A DNA stretch of 64,000 nt from NCBI GenBank assembly GCA_945787445.1, contig CALZHT010000007.1:2598-66597 (forward strand). The letters are read 5' to 3'. Every line of letters begins with the position of its first letter. The stretch's first letter is position 1. The stretch comes from an uncultured Desulfobulbaceae bacterium. Lineage in GTDB: Bacteria; Desulfobacterota; Desulfobulbia; Desulfobulbales; CALZHT01. A model generated the notes under the pieces. The model made no database searches. It was given only the letters and a program-made list of their open reading frames with translations, and was not told the DNA's origin. This document shows positions 1-9,180 of the stretch, piece by piece. The translations under genes were made by a program, and so were the position numbers.

Positions 1-1285
1 GTAAATGGTCGAAGTGGTCATAAAACCAACCACGCAAATTGGAGAACCCTCTACCACTGAACTCAAACACATTGTTAACAAGAGCAATATTGGAACTGTT
101 CCCATCAGAATCTACAAACATGGATTGGTATTGAAGATTTACGAAAATATTACAAAAGTAAATAACATTGTGTATCTCGGAGTCAGCTTGAAAAATATCA
201 GAATGACTGCCAGCATATGAACCGTAAATACCATCGACTTCATTGTTGACAACTAGTATCCCATCTGTGAAGGTTCTCAAATATCGCCCGAAGTCATCAT
301 AACTATCCTCTACCTTATTGCCTCTGGATATTTTTTGTTGGCGGTCATTTATGATGGCAGTATTATGATAATAGCAAGATGTTATATAATCTTCTAACCG
401 GGTGGGGAAAGATGCAGCTATCTCCACCCCTGGCCCAATTATGCGGCATTTATTGAGCCACACCCCATCCCTAGATAAAGCAATATTGCTCGTTGTGCGG
501 CCACTAAATGTAACTCTATCAAATTTTATTCGACCACTGCCCCAAACAGCGTTATCGGCAGCTATTATTACATTTGCAATATTTGCGGCTGATTCTTTAG
601 TAACGGTCAGCCACTCATTTGTAGTGTTTACGGCATTTCCCGAACCGAATTCGTTGCTGTCATTATATGTTCCCTCGGCGAGGTAGATGGTAGCATAATT
701 ACAATTACCGTTAGCAGCCTCAATCGCAGTTACGGCAGCGGCAATGGTAGGGTAGGGGTCGGTATTATCATCAAGCGTTCCGGCTCCGTCATTGTTCCAA
801 GGATCGACCCATGCCTCTGTCGGTGATTCGTTCCTTGCACCTTCTACATAGAGCGTAATTGCATCAAGTCTTTTAGTCCCTGCATCGTTCCCATAAACAG
901 TCGGGGTAACAGTGATCGTGCCATTTCTGGAAAACTCGTTTGCCGAAATAGTTACATAATATTCCCATACACCAGACCGCACAGCACCAGGAGATGTAGA
1001 GGCGACACGGGTATTGCGTCTCATAGATGAGGACGATTTCCTTCCACCGGAATAACCTTGACCGGAGATGGCAAAGTCCACCCTGTTAATTCCGGCCTTT
1101 GAAAACGCCACAACTCCGAAATTAAATGATGTGCCATGCTCAATTCTCTGAAATGGAACAACATCTGTATGAGCAATAGGCGTCAGTGCAAAGGCAACGG
1201 TAGGAAAGAAAATCAAGAAAAGGACAGCAATAAGGGTATGAGTCCTTAGAATCTCTATTTTTGGTATCAAGTGTGTGTGCTTCAT
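1..1285 (-). CDS. secreted beta-helix (pectate-lyase-fold-like) protein, partial (3' end beyond window)
   Basis: The minus-strand frame is open from ATG 1283-1285 (AGGAGA 7 nt upstream) to the window edge, so it is absent from the complete-ORF track. The N-terminus MKHTHLIPKIEILRTHTLIAVLFLIFFPTVAFA looks like a signal peptide. The later stretch AWVDPWNNDGAGTLDDNTDPYPTIAAAVTAIEAANGN..IYLAEGTYN resembles the entry motif of right-handed beta-helix proteins. Confidence 0.55.
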   Translation of the reverse strand, partial: MKHTHLIPKIEILRTHTLIAVLFLIFFPTVAFALTPIAHTDVVPFQRIEHGTSFNFGVVAFSKAGINRVDFAISGQGYSGGRKSSSSMRRNTRVASTSPGAVRSGVWEYYVTISANEFSRNGTITVTPTVYGNDAGTKRLDAITLYVEGARNESPTEAWVDPWNNDGAGTLDDNTDPYPTIAAAVTAIEAANGNCNYATIYLAEGTYNDSNEFGSGNAVNTTNEWLTVTKESAANIANVIIAADNAVWGSGRIKFDRVTFSGRTTSNIALSRDGVWLNKCRIIGPGVEIAASFPTRLEDYITSCYYHNTAIINDRQQKISRGNKVEDSYDDFGRYLRTFTDGILVVNNEVDGIYGSYAGSHSDIFQADSEIHNVIYFCNIFVNLQYQSMFVDSDGNSSNIALVNNVFEFSGRGFSNLRGWFYDHFDHL

Positions 1286-1518
1286 ATTTATTTCTCCTGT
1301 AAGAGGGGTTGTAGGTCATTCATTGTAAAGTAATGTAATGGGGTCAGGCTTGACAAATGGGTGTTTATTTAATGACTATTTGTAATCCTTATCCCTTATC
1401 AATAAAAATATACGATGCCTTCGGACACCGTCCTGCTATTTGCAACGGATTGCATTCTCATACCTATAAATATTCTACCGATTTCGTTTCCCTCCTCTAG
1501 AGCCAATTTATTTTATTT

Positions 1519-1728
1519 TCACACCGATAGGAAAATTACTGTTAAAAGGGCCATAATAAATAATGCATATCTGTTTCTTGAAATTTTTTGCTCATAGGCA
1601 TCGATATTCCACGGCATGGGTGTGCCGGATGAGCACAACTTAAGCGCGAAAATAAAAACAAGAAGAGATGAAAAAAGAAAGAAGACGATATTTACGAGTG
1701 TCAATGAATTAATATCTATTGTTACCAT
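1519..1728 (-). CDS. small hydrophobic (membrane) protein, function unknown
   Basis: 69-aa ORF with GGAGG 4 nt upstream of ATG 1726-1728. It has two hydrophobic stretches. It is the first ORF downstream of the -24/-12 promoter at 1818-1832. Confidence 0.45.
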   Translation of the reverse strand: MVTIDINSLTLVNIVFFLFSSLLVFIFALKLCSSGTPMPWNIDAYEQKISRNRYALFIMALLTVIFLSV

Positions 1729-1817
1729 AAAGCCTCCCCCTTGCTGAAATGTGCTGCTTATCCGGCTACTTTGCGTCCCACCTTTTTGGGTAGTTTACTT
1801 TTTGAGAGAATTTTAAA

Positions 1818-1832
1818 GCAAAGGCTGTGCCA
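1818..1832 (-). promoter_or_regulatory. sigma-54 (-24/-12) promoter
   Basis: Plus strand GCAA-AGGCT-GTGCCA reads TGGCAC-AGCCT-TTGC on the minus strand. This matches the TGGCAC-N5-TTGC consensus exactly. It lies 90 nt upstream of ORF 1519-1728. Confidence 0.55.
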
Positions 1833-1893
1833 ATAGCTGGTCCCATCGTCTAATTTCCATCCAGGAACGGCCATAACGAAATATGTAGGATTA

Positions 1894-1968
1894 ACCACAG
1901 AGAGCACAGAGGACACAGAGTGAAACTAATTTTTTCAGATAGTTATCTCTGTAATCTTCGTGCTCATC
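1894..1968. repeat. R1 CACAGAG palindromic element (intact left arm, decayed right arm)
   Basis: The left arm is ACCACAGAG-AGCACAGAG-GACACAGAG, three 9-nt units. After a short spacer, ATCTCTGTAATCTTCGTGCTC is a degenerate complement. Confidence 0.6.
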
Positions 1969-2239
1969 AAAATTTTACAAAGCAAGTAATTATCAATCAA
2001 TCTTTTTTTAGCATTATCTGTGCCATGTATATTAATTTTAATAATATCAGTAAGATAATGAAAATACGGAATTTCTAATTAAGGATAATAGCAGGTGGAT
2101 TGTCGCCACATAGCGACAGTCTGAAAAGGCCATTTGCTTAATTAGTTGAAATAAAAGACTCTTTGCTGTCGCAATAGGAAGACAGATGGGCGAGAATGAG
2201 TATATAAATACAAGAATAACCGGGATTAAATACTTATTA

Positions 2240-2266
2240 CTCTGTGTTCTCTGTGCGCTCTGTGAG
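2240..2266. repeat. R1 orphan arm (complement orientation)
   Basis: CTCTGTGTT-CTCTGTGCG-CTCTGTGAG, three 9-nt units. No adjacent partner arm. Confidence 0.55.
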
Positions 2267-2690
2267 ATAATTCTTTTTTATAACAAAGGCATCAATAATA
2301 GGTTTTTCCGTTAATATGGTTGTCTCATTGTAAACAAAAGTTTCACAATTAGACGTCCTTTTGACCAAATACTACCAGAAATATCCGGAAATTAATTACC
2401 CTTGTTTTTATAGGATTTTTCTCCTTGGCCCTCGGCCAAGGAAAGAAAATCATGGGGCAGTTCCTCTGCTCGCCTGGCTAATCTTTCGCGGCATAGTTCT
2501 GCAGTGCGATTCACTTCCTCCAGCTCTTTTGTGAGCAGTGCGCGTAGGGAAGAAAACTTACGTTTTTACTAAAGAAGAAATATCATAATCTAGTATTTCC
2601 TCTTTGGGTCTTTATATCATATTCCGCACACAAAGGGTTAAGAAATTCCGCTTCTCTCTTGAAATTCAGAAGGATAGTGACCTGCCTCAT

Positions 2691-2830
2691 ACCAAGCCAC
2701 ATTCAAATTCTAACTTTGTTCCCAAGGGGGGATTGAACTGAATTGGCTACGTCGTCGGCTTCATCGATCCGCGGCGGACCTCCTGGTCCTCCTCCTTGCC
2801 GCCTTGTTAACTCTTTGAATGCAACCTGAT
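2691..2830. mobile_element. R3 MITE-like element, copy 1 (longer variant)
   Basis: Shares its ends and core with 11756-11877: CATTCAAATTCTAACTTTGTT ... CCTCCTCCTTGCCGCCTTGTTA(A/T)CTCTTTGAATGCAAC. It contains no ORF with a start codon. Confidence 0.5.
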
Positions 2831-3049
2831 ATCAAAATTCTGGGAAATCCTTTGTTTGTAAACTTCGTTTACCAAAAAGCGCAATACCTTAAAAATGACT
2901 GGAAAGCGAGGTGGTGATTGCCTTATTATAGTAAATGGGCAAGGGACTTTTTTACCAGCATGAGAAAGATCCCTTTAAATTGTCAACTAAATGATATTTT
3001 TTGATCTTTTCTTGGGCATCGATGTTAATCCTGTTGCCCATCTGTAAAC

Positions 3050-4618
3050 ATGGGTGTCATTATGGACCAAGTTGTTGACCAATTACCGAATGAAATCTCC
3101 AGGATTCATTTAACAAATCTTAAAGAGAGACTGCGCCAGGTTTCGACCGCCTGGTCATTGAGTGATTATGAATCGTTACTGCAATTTTACATCCATATCC
3201 TGCCAAGGATCATGGATGCTGAGCGGTGCACCATATATATAAAGGAAATAGGAACAGCAAAGATTTATTCAAAATTTGGCACCGGTTTGCAAGGAAAGCA
3301 GATTGAGCCTCCTCTTGAAGGCAGTATTGTCGGTGAAGTTACCTTAAGCGGAAATAGTATTATCCAAAACGACATGAGTCAGAAAAACGGCTATCACAGA
3401 AAAGTTGATGAGGGAACAGGGTACATCACCCTAAATACGGTCTGTGTGCCGATCAAGAGTGTTACTGGCCGTGGGGTTACAGGGGCCATACAGGTACTCA
3501 ATAAGAAGGGCGAGGCTGATTTTGCTGATGAGGATTTACGTATGCTGGAGGAAATTGCCCAATACCTTTCAATGTCCATTGAGAATATTGTGGTCAATCA
3601 GGAAATGATGCGCATTTCCAGTCAGTTGAACAGGGAGGTTGAACGATTAGACAAAGAATTTTTCCACGACACGCAATTTATTGCAGAAAGCTCGGGCATG
3701 CGTGAAGTCCTTGAGCTTGTGCGCGTTGTGTGCGAAACGCCGGTAAGTGTTTTGCTGCAAGGTGAAAACGGCACCGGCAAGGAACTCATAGCGCGCCTGA
3801 TTCATAACTTCAGTGATCGCAGAGATCAGCCTTTTGTGGCGGTCAATTGTGCCTCGATTCCGGAAAATCTCATGGAAAGTGAGTTCTTCGGCTACGAAAA
3901 AGGAGCGTTCACCGGTGCCGATCATATTAGAAAAGGGCGTTTTGAAGAGGCGGATGGCGGTACCCTATTTCTTGATGAAATAGCAGACATGCCGCAAATG
4001 ATCCAGCCCAAATTTCTCCGGGCAATTCAGGAAGGCGAAGGAAGTCGGTTAGGGAGCAATAAACTCATTCAATATAATTTCCGTCTCATAAGTGCTACAA
4101 ACAAAAACTTACAAGAAGAAGTTACCGCCGGGAGATTTCGGGAGGACCTGTATTTCAGGCTTTTTACCGTCGAAATTCGACTGCCGCCTTTGCGGGAACG
4201 GAAAGAAGATATTGTCCCTCTCGCGCATGCATTTCTTAAGGATGTTGCCCATCGGTTTAAAAAGAATATTACGAGTTTTGCTCCGGATGTCTTGAAGATA
4301 TTAGAAAATTATTCGTGGCCCGGCAATGTACGGCAGTTGCTGCGAGAGATCGAGCGGCTGGTCGCTTTTACACCTGACATGGAAACAATCAAATCGGAAA
4401 GATGTTCTCCTGAATTACTGGCGGAACCAAAAACAAAAAATAGCATTGGAATGACCGGTGAAAATTTGCCTGAACAGGTGAAGGCGCTTGAAATAAAGCT
4501 AATTGTAAAGGCCCTTAAAAAAACTAATGGAAACCGGGCAAGCGCTGCCAATCTTTTGAATATTACACGGCAGGGATTATATAAGAAAATGAAACGATAC
4601 CAGATGGAAGAGGGGTAA
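3050..4618 (+). CDS. sigma-54-dependent transcriptional activator with N-terminal GAF-like sensor
   Basis: 522-aa ORF with an AAA+ sigma-54 interaction module (Walker A GENGTGKE, ESEFFGYEKGAFTGA loop) and a C-terminal Fis-type HTH (AANLLNITRQGLYKKMKRY). The start could instead be ATG 3062. Confidence 0.85.
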   Translation: MGVIMDQVVDQLPNEISRIHLTNLKERLRQVSTAWSLSDYESLLQFYIHILPRIMDAERCTIYIKEIGTAKIYSKFGTGLQGKQIEPPLEGSIVGEVTLSGNSIIQNDMSQKNGYHRKVDEGTGYITLNTVCVPIKSVTGRGVTGAIQVLNKKGEADFADEDLRMLEEIAQYLSMSIENIVVNQEMMRISSQLNREVERLDKEFFHDTQFIAESSGMREVLELVRVVCETPVSVLLQGENGTGKELIARLIHNFSDRRDQPFVAVNCASIPENLMESEFFGYEKGAFTGADHIRKGRFEEADGGTLFLDEIADMPQMIQPKFLRAIQEGEGSRLGSNKLIQYNFRLISATNKNLQEEVTAGRFREDLYFRLFTVEIRLPPLRERKEDIVPLAHAFLKDVAHRFKKNITSFAPDVLKILENYSWPGNVRQLLREIERLVAFTPDMETIKSERCSPELLAEPKTKNSIGMTGENLPEQVKALEIKLIVKALKKTNGNRASAANLLNITRQGLYKKMKRYQMEEG

Positions 4619-4653
4619 TCAGGAGAGAGGAGGACTGAGGTCAGAATAGAATT

Positions 4654-4672
4654 AACCACAGAGTACACAGAG
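4654..4672. repeat. R1 solitary half-arm
   Basis: AACCACAGAG-TACACAGAG, 36 nt after the stop of the activator gene. Confidence 0.45.
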
Positions 4673-4973
4673 TTTTTTGTTTGTTTAATTTTCCTTTTGA
4701 TAAAATGTGTTTAACTTTTTTCAACCTATTCAGCAATTTCTACGCAGCGTATCCCTTTTTCTATATCTGGCTCAATATCCGGCATTGAATTCGCCAGCGG
4801 ATACTTTGTAGGAGCCTAAATCCGTATCCAATTGTTCCTGCTTTTCTGTTAAAAACATTATTAGGGAGCTTAAATAAATGGTTGGTGGCTGAAATTGTAT
4901 TGCATGCGTTGAGTTTATAAAGCATGGCTCAGCAACATTGGCGTAAAACTTCTTACTTGCGAGGGAGCTTAAA

Positions 4974-5282
4974 TCACAAACAGTAAGGATATGAATGGAA
5001 ACTTTCCCAGCCGTTGAATTCATAAGCTGTCATGGTGATACAAGTTTGAGAATTAGAAGTTATGCCAAGAACTGAACAATCAAGTTGACGCGCAGCAGGA
5101 TCAGCTGTAGAACATATTTCCGCATAATTTGCATAAAGCTTGAAGCCAGCTAAATTTGGAGCTGAAGATTGATCATATTGCCATGATATGGAAATGGATT
5201 GTCCTCCACCATCCCCGCCACCACAAGCAGGTAGGAAAAGCATTTCACATATGAACAGTACTAGGAGTAATTTTTTCTTCAT
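4974..5282 (-). CDS. small lipoprotein with one FN3-like domain
   Basis: Begins MKKKLLLVLFICEMLFLPAC, a signal peptide plus lipobox, followed by a Gly-rich linker. ISWQY..APNLAGFKLY...TAYEFNGWES follows the usual FN3 pattern. Confidence 0.55.
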   Translation of the reverse strand: MKKKLLLVLFICEMLFLPACGGGDGGGQSISISWQYDQSSAPNLAGFKLYANYAEICSTADPAARQLDCSVLGITSNSQTCITMTAYEFNGWESFHSYPYCL

Positions 5283-5412
5283 TCTTGTCTTCTGGGAAAA
5301 TTTGCCCAATATTCAATGCATTTGGTAAACAGAATATAATTATGCTATTCTTTGAAACAAAAAATTTCAAGCAAAAATCTTGTTAAAGAAGGTTAGGTTT
5401 TTGTGTGGTTTT

Positions 5413-6732
5413 ATGAGCATTTTTAAAGCGTATGACATTCGGGGCATTTTTCCTTCCGAGATAAATGAGGATATTGTTTACAGGACTGGCCGTGCCTTGG
5501 TGAATTTTCTGGGCTGTGAAAACGTTGTTGTAGGCCAGGACATGCGGGAGTCTTCAAAGTCTCTTTTTCATGCATTAACAAATGGTATTACAGAACAGGG
5601 TGCAAATGTCATTGATATTGGTTTGTGCACAACTCCCATGTCATATTTTGCCAATGGAGAACTTGGTGCTGATGCGAGCATCATGATCACAGCCAGTCAT
5701 AATCCTGGAAATTATAATGGTTTGAAGCTTTGTAGAAAGGGAGCTGTGCCCATTTCCGGCGATACCGGGATTCAGGAGATTAGCCGGTTAGTCAATGATG
5801 ATAAATTTAAAAAGACAAACTCCAAGGGCAAAATCATTAGAAATGAAGAAATTAAAGGCCGATACATCGAGCATATCAGGTCATTCCTGAAACAGAGGAC
5901 CGATTTCAGAATCGTGGTTGACTGCGCCAATGCCATGGGTGTTCTTGAAATGGAAGTATTGCAAGGTACAGCAAAGATTATTCCTCTTTTTGATACTTTG
6001 GACAGCTCTTTTCCCAATCATGAAGCCAATCCCTTGAAGACTGAAACCTTGCAGGCCCTGCAGGATAAAGTGGTTTCTGAAAAAGCGGAATTGGGTGTTG
6101 CCTTTGATGGGGATGCCGACCGGGTAGGTTTTGTTGACGAGAATGGTCAGGTTATTCCCATGGATCTTGTCACCGCGTTAATAGCAAAAGATATTTTGTC
6201 CAAAGGGCCTCGGGCAATAATGTATGATTTACGGTCAAGCAGGATTGTCAGGGAGGTTATCGAAGAAAATAACGGCATAGCAATAGAATGCCGGGTTGGC
6301 CATGCCTTTATCAAGCAGATGATGCGGGAGAATAATGTTTTTTTTGCTGGGGAACTGTCGGGGCATTATTATTTTAAAGATAATTATACGACCGAATCCA
6401 GTTCACTGGCAGTGATTTATCTCCTTAATTTAATGACAAAAACCGGAAAGAAAATATCTGAATTGGTTGCGCCGCTCAAAAAATATCACCAATCTGGAGA
6501 AATAAATTCAACAGTCAGCGATCCGCAAAAGATTCTTGCAAAACTTGAAAAGAAATATTCTGATGGAATAGTGAGCCGCTTAGATGGATTGAAGATTACC
6601 TATCCTGACTGGTGGCTCAATGTGCGGCCATCAAATACAGAACCTCTTTTGCGTTTGAATGTTGAAGCAGACACCCAGGAAACCATGGAAGAAAAAAGAG
6701 ATGAGGTGCTTGGAGTTATAAGAGGACTATAA
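5413..6732 (+). CDS. phosphomannomutase/phosphoglucomutase
   Basis: N-terminus MSIFKAYDIRG, active-site loop TASHNPGNYNGLK, and Mg site GVAFDGDADRVGF. Confidence 0.9.
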   Translation: MSIFKAYDIRGIFPSEINEDIVYRTGRALVNFLGCENVVVGQDMRESSKSLFHALTNGITEQGANVIDIGLCTTPMSYFANGELGADASIMITASHNPGNYNGLKLCRKGAVPISGDTGIQEISRLVNDDKFKKTNSKGKIIRNEEIKGRYIEHIRSFLKQRTDFRIVVDCANAMGVLEMEVLQGTAKIIPLFDTLDSSFPNHEANPLKTETLQALQDKVVSEKAELGVAFDGDADRVGFVDENGQVIPMDLVTALIAKDILSKGPRAIMYDLRSSRIVREVIEENNGIAIECRVGHAFIKQMMRENNVFFAGELSGHYYFKDNYTTESSSLAVIYLLNLMTKTGKKISELVAPLKKYHQSGEINSTVSDPQKILAKLEKKYSDGIVSRLDGLKITYPDWWLNVRPSNTEPLLRLNVEADTQETMEEKRDEVLGVIRGL

Positions 6733-6735
6733 TTT

Positions 6736-6816
6736 CCCACAGAGGGCGCAGAGTGCACGGAGTAAATCTTATTCTTTCAAACAGTAAACTCTGTGACCTC
6801 CGTGTTCTCTGTGGTG
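6736..6816. repeat. R1 imperfect palindrome (both arms, 26-nt loop)
   Basis: CCCACAGAGGGCGCAGAGTGCACGGAG ... CTCTGTGACCTCCGTGTTCTCTGTGGTG, starting 4 nt after the phosphomannomutase stop. Confidence 0.6.
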
Positions 6817-6967
6817 AAAAAAACACTTTTGGCGATTTCTTCATTATTGAACGTTTTATATTTATTTATTGTATGAAAGAAAAAATAAAGGGCAGAGGGC
6901 AGGACCAGAATACTGCTTGCTCATCCTTTACATATTCAAAGATATATTCCAATAACTATTCTTTTCG

Positions 6968-8440
6968 ATGCCAGAAGATATTTTTATTTACAGACAAGGG
7001 ACAAGGTCTTCTGAGCCGATTGTCTTTCTGCCAGGCTGGGGCTTCGCCGGCAGTATCATAGAGCTTGCCGGCATTAAAGGTGTCCCATGGGTATACCCGG
7101 CAGATCTTGTAAACCCGGACACCTTGATTGATGATCTTTCAATTTTCTTTGAGGAGCAAGGTTGGGACAGGATTATTCTCGTTGGCTGGTCCATGGGGGC
7201 TAATCTTGCCCTTGATTTTGCAAACTCCTTTCCGCATACAGTTAAAACCCTTGTTCTGCTTGCCATCCGGCAGAGTTGGCCCAAAACGGAAATAGAAGCG
7301 ATCCGAAACGATTTGTTGAAAGATCAGAAAACTTTCCTGGCATCTTTTTACCGCAAATGTTTTTTGGGATATAAAGAACCTTTCAGGAGATTTTCAAACG
7401 GAGCATTTTCCCATCACTTCGAACAGAACAATGTCGATCTGTTACTAAGAGGCTTGGATTACCTGCGAGACTCTAATCCTTCCATTACATGCGGAGTTCC
7501 GGTTTTGCAATTCCATGGCATGAAAGATATTATCTCCCCTGTCGGACAAATAGCCGAATTGCCTGGTGCGCATAGGAGTGTTTTGGATCATGCCGGACAC
7601 GCGGTTTTTCTCAACCAGGAATTTTTAAATTTTATAGGAAATTATGCCCAGAACAGAAAAAAGGAAACGATAAAAAAAAGCTTTTCAAAGGCAGCACAAA
7701 CCTACGATTCATATGCAATAACCCAGAAAGAGCTGGCAGAAGATCTGGTCCAAAGACTGCCATTAGACAAAGAAATTAAATCCATATTAGAGATTGGCTG
7801 CGGCACAGGCAATTACACGGTGTTGCTTTCGCAAAAATTCCCAGATGCGTGTCTTGAAGCCCTGGATTTTTCCCAGGAGATGATAGAAAAGGCAAGGGTG
7901 AAAGTAACCAATAACACTACGGTGAATTTTGTCTGTGAAGACGCTGAATCTTTTTTGGCAAAAGCAAACCAATGTTTTGATGTGATTACTACCAATTCCA
8001 CCATGCAATGGTTTGAAAACATTGAGACCGCCATGGGGCGTATCTCCAATCTCCTTCGGCCGGAAGGGTTTTTCCTGGGCACAGTGTTCGGACCACAAAC
8101 CCTGGCAGAGCTTGGCCGCGCATTATCCGCAGTAATGAAACGAAAAATAGACCTTGCAGCGTCCAGCTTTCCATCTCGAATTGATTTTGAGCAAAGCCTT
8201 GCAAAACATTTTGCTTCCTGGGAGGTCGAAGAAAAGTTTATTAAACGCCGATATGATTCATTGCATGACCTGATACTGCATATAAAAAGAACCGGAGCAA
8301 CCGGATGGCGGGATCAGTCCCCGCTCCTACTGACGCGTTCCCGCCTTCATGGTCTTGACCAATGGTTTGCCGAAAACTGCGGTGGATATGGTTTGTCCTA
8401 TCAAGTTTTTTTTCTTAAAGCATGTAAAGACAAAGGATAA
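6968..8440 (+). CDS. bioC: fusion of a BioH/BioG-like alpha/beta-hydrolase with BioC malonyl-ACP O-methyltransferase
   Basis: The N-terminal half has the nucleophile elbow GWSMGA and a late DHAGHAVF. The C-terminal half has KKSFSKAAQTYDSYAITQKELA and SAM motif I ILEIGCGTGNYT. bioD follows 9 nt downstream. Confidence 0.7.
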   Translation: MPEDIFIYRQGTRSSEPIVFLPGWGFAGSIIELAGIKGVPWVYPADLVNPDTLIDDLSIFFEEQGWDRIILVGWSMGANLALDFANSFPHTVKTLVLLAIRQSWPKTEIEAIRNDLLKDQKTFLASFYRKCFLGYKEPFRRFSNGAFSHHFEQNNVDLLLRGLDYLRDSNPSITCGVPVLQFHGMKDIISPVGQIAELPGAHRSVLDHAGHAVFLNQEFLNFIGNYAQNRKKETIKKSFSKAAQTYDSYAITQKELAEDLVQRLPLDKEIKSILEIGCGTGNYTVLLSQKFPDACLEALDFSQEMIEKARVKVTNNTTVNFVCEDAESFLAKANQCFDVITTNSTMQWFENIETAMGRISNLLRPEGFFLGTVFGPQTLAELGRALSAVMKRKIDLAASSFPSRIDFEQSLAKHFASWEVEEKFIKRRYDSLHDLILHIKRTGATGWRDQSPLLLTRSRLHGLDQWFAENCGGYGLSYQVFFLKACKDKG

Positions 8441-8449
8441 GACTTTTCC

Positions 8450-9175
8450 ATGCCAGGAGAACAGGAACATTTCCAAAAGGGGCAAGCCATTTTCATCACT
8501 GGTACTGATACCGGCGTGGGAAAAACCTTGGTCAGCGCTCTTTTGCTCAATTTTATAAGAAAGAAAGGAATTGATGCCTCGTACCAGAAATGGGTGAGTA
8601 CAGGGGGAAGGGATTCGGAGGACCTGAATTTCTGTTTCGAAGTGTCTGGTATGGAAAAGGATGATGGTCTGCTTGACCGTCAGGTGCCGTATAGGTTCTC
8701 TCTTCCTGCTTCACCCCACCTTTCCGCAGAAATGGAAAATGAGGAGATAGAACCGGATATTATTGTCAAGCGATTCCAGGAAATGCTTGCCAGGCATGAA
8801 GTTCTTATTGTTGAAGGGGTCGGCGGGCTCCTTGTCCCACTCCGCAGAGATCTTCTTCTGATCGACCTGATTTCACGCCTTGGGTTGCAAACACTGCTGG
8901 TAGCCAGAAGCGGCCTGGGCACCCTCAATCATACGTTTCTGTCTCTTGAGGCCATGCGGAAAAGAGAAATTCCAGTCCTTGGTGTGGTATTTTCTGATTC
9001 CTCGCCAAATGAGGAAGATTTGATAGTGCAGGATAATATGAAGACAATCGCTGAATTGGGTGCTATTCAAGTGTTTGGACGGCTGCCGTGGTGTGAGAGT
9101 CTGGACAAAGCCAAGATTGCTTTTAAAAGTATCGGTGAAGAATTTTATGGTGCGCAAATGAAGGGTGCAAGGTAA
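8450..9175 (+). CDS. bioD: dethiobiotin synthetase
   Basis: P-loop FITGTDTGVGKT. Length and position next to bioC fit. Confidence 0.85.
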   Translation: MPGEQEHFQKGQAIFITGTDTGVGKTLVSALLLNFIRKKGIDASYQKWVSTGGRDSEDLNFCFEVSGMEKDDGLLDRQVPYRFSLPASPHLSAEMENEEIEPDIIVKRFQEMLARHEVLIVEGVGGLLVPLRRDLLLIDLISRLGLQTLLVARSGLGTLNHTFLSLEAMRKREIPVLGVVFSDSSPNEEDLIVQDNMKTIAELGAIQVFGRLPWCESLDKAKIAFKSIGEEFYGAQMKGAR

Positions 9176-9180
9176 TTAAT

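Noticed and set aside
2011-2025. A second sigma-54-like motif, read on the minus strand as TGGCAC-AGATA-ATGC.
   Set aside because: The -12 element is ATGC, not TTGC. It lies between R1 arms with no ORF downstream before the better promoter at 1818-1832.
1894-2266. The repeated CACAGAG units might have been a degenerate CRISPR array.
   Set aside because: The units are 9 nt with no spacers. They occur as inverted arms rather than direct repeats with unique spacers, and no cas genes are present.
4772-5309. Overlapping minus-strand ORFs 4974-5309 and 4772-5023 looked like one lipoprotein gene split by a frameshift.
   Set aside because: The first ORF already ends with a complete FN3-type terminal strand (TAYEFNGWES..). 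The second ORF has no convincing domain or repeat similarity. I treat 4974-5282 as complete and 4772-5023 as spurious.
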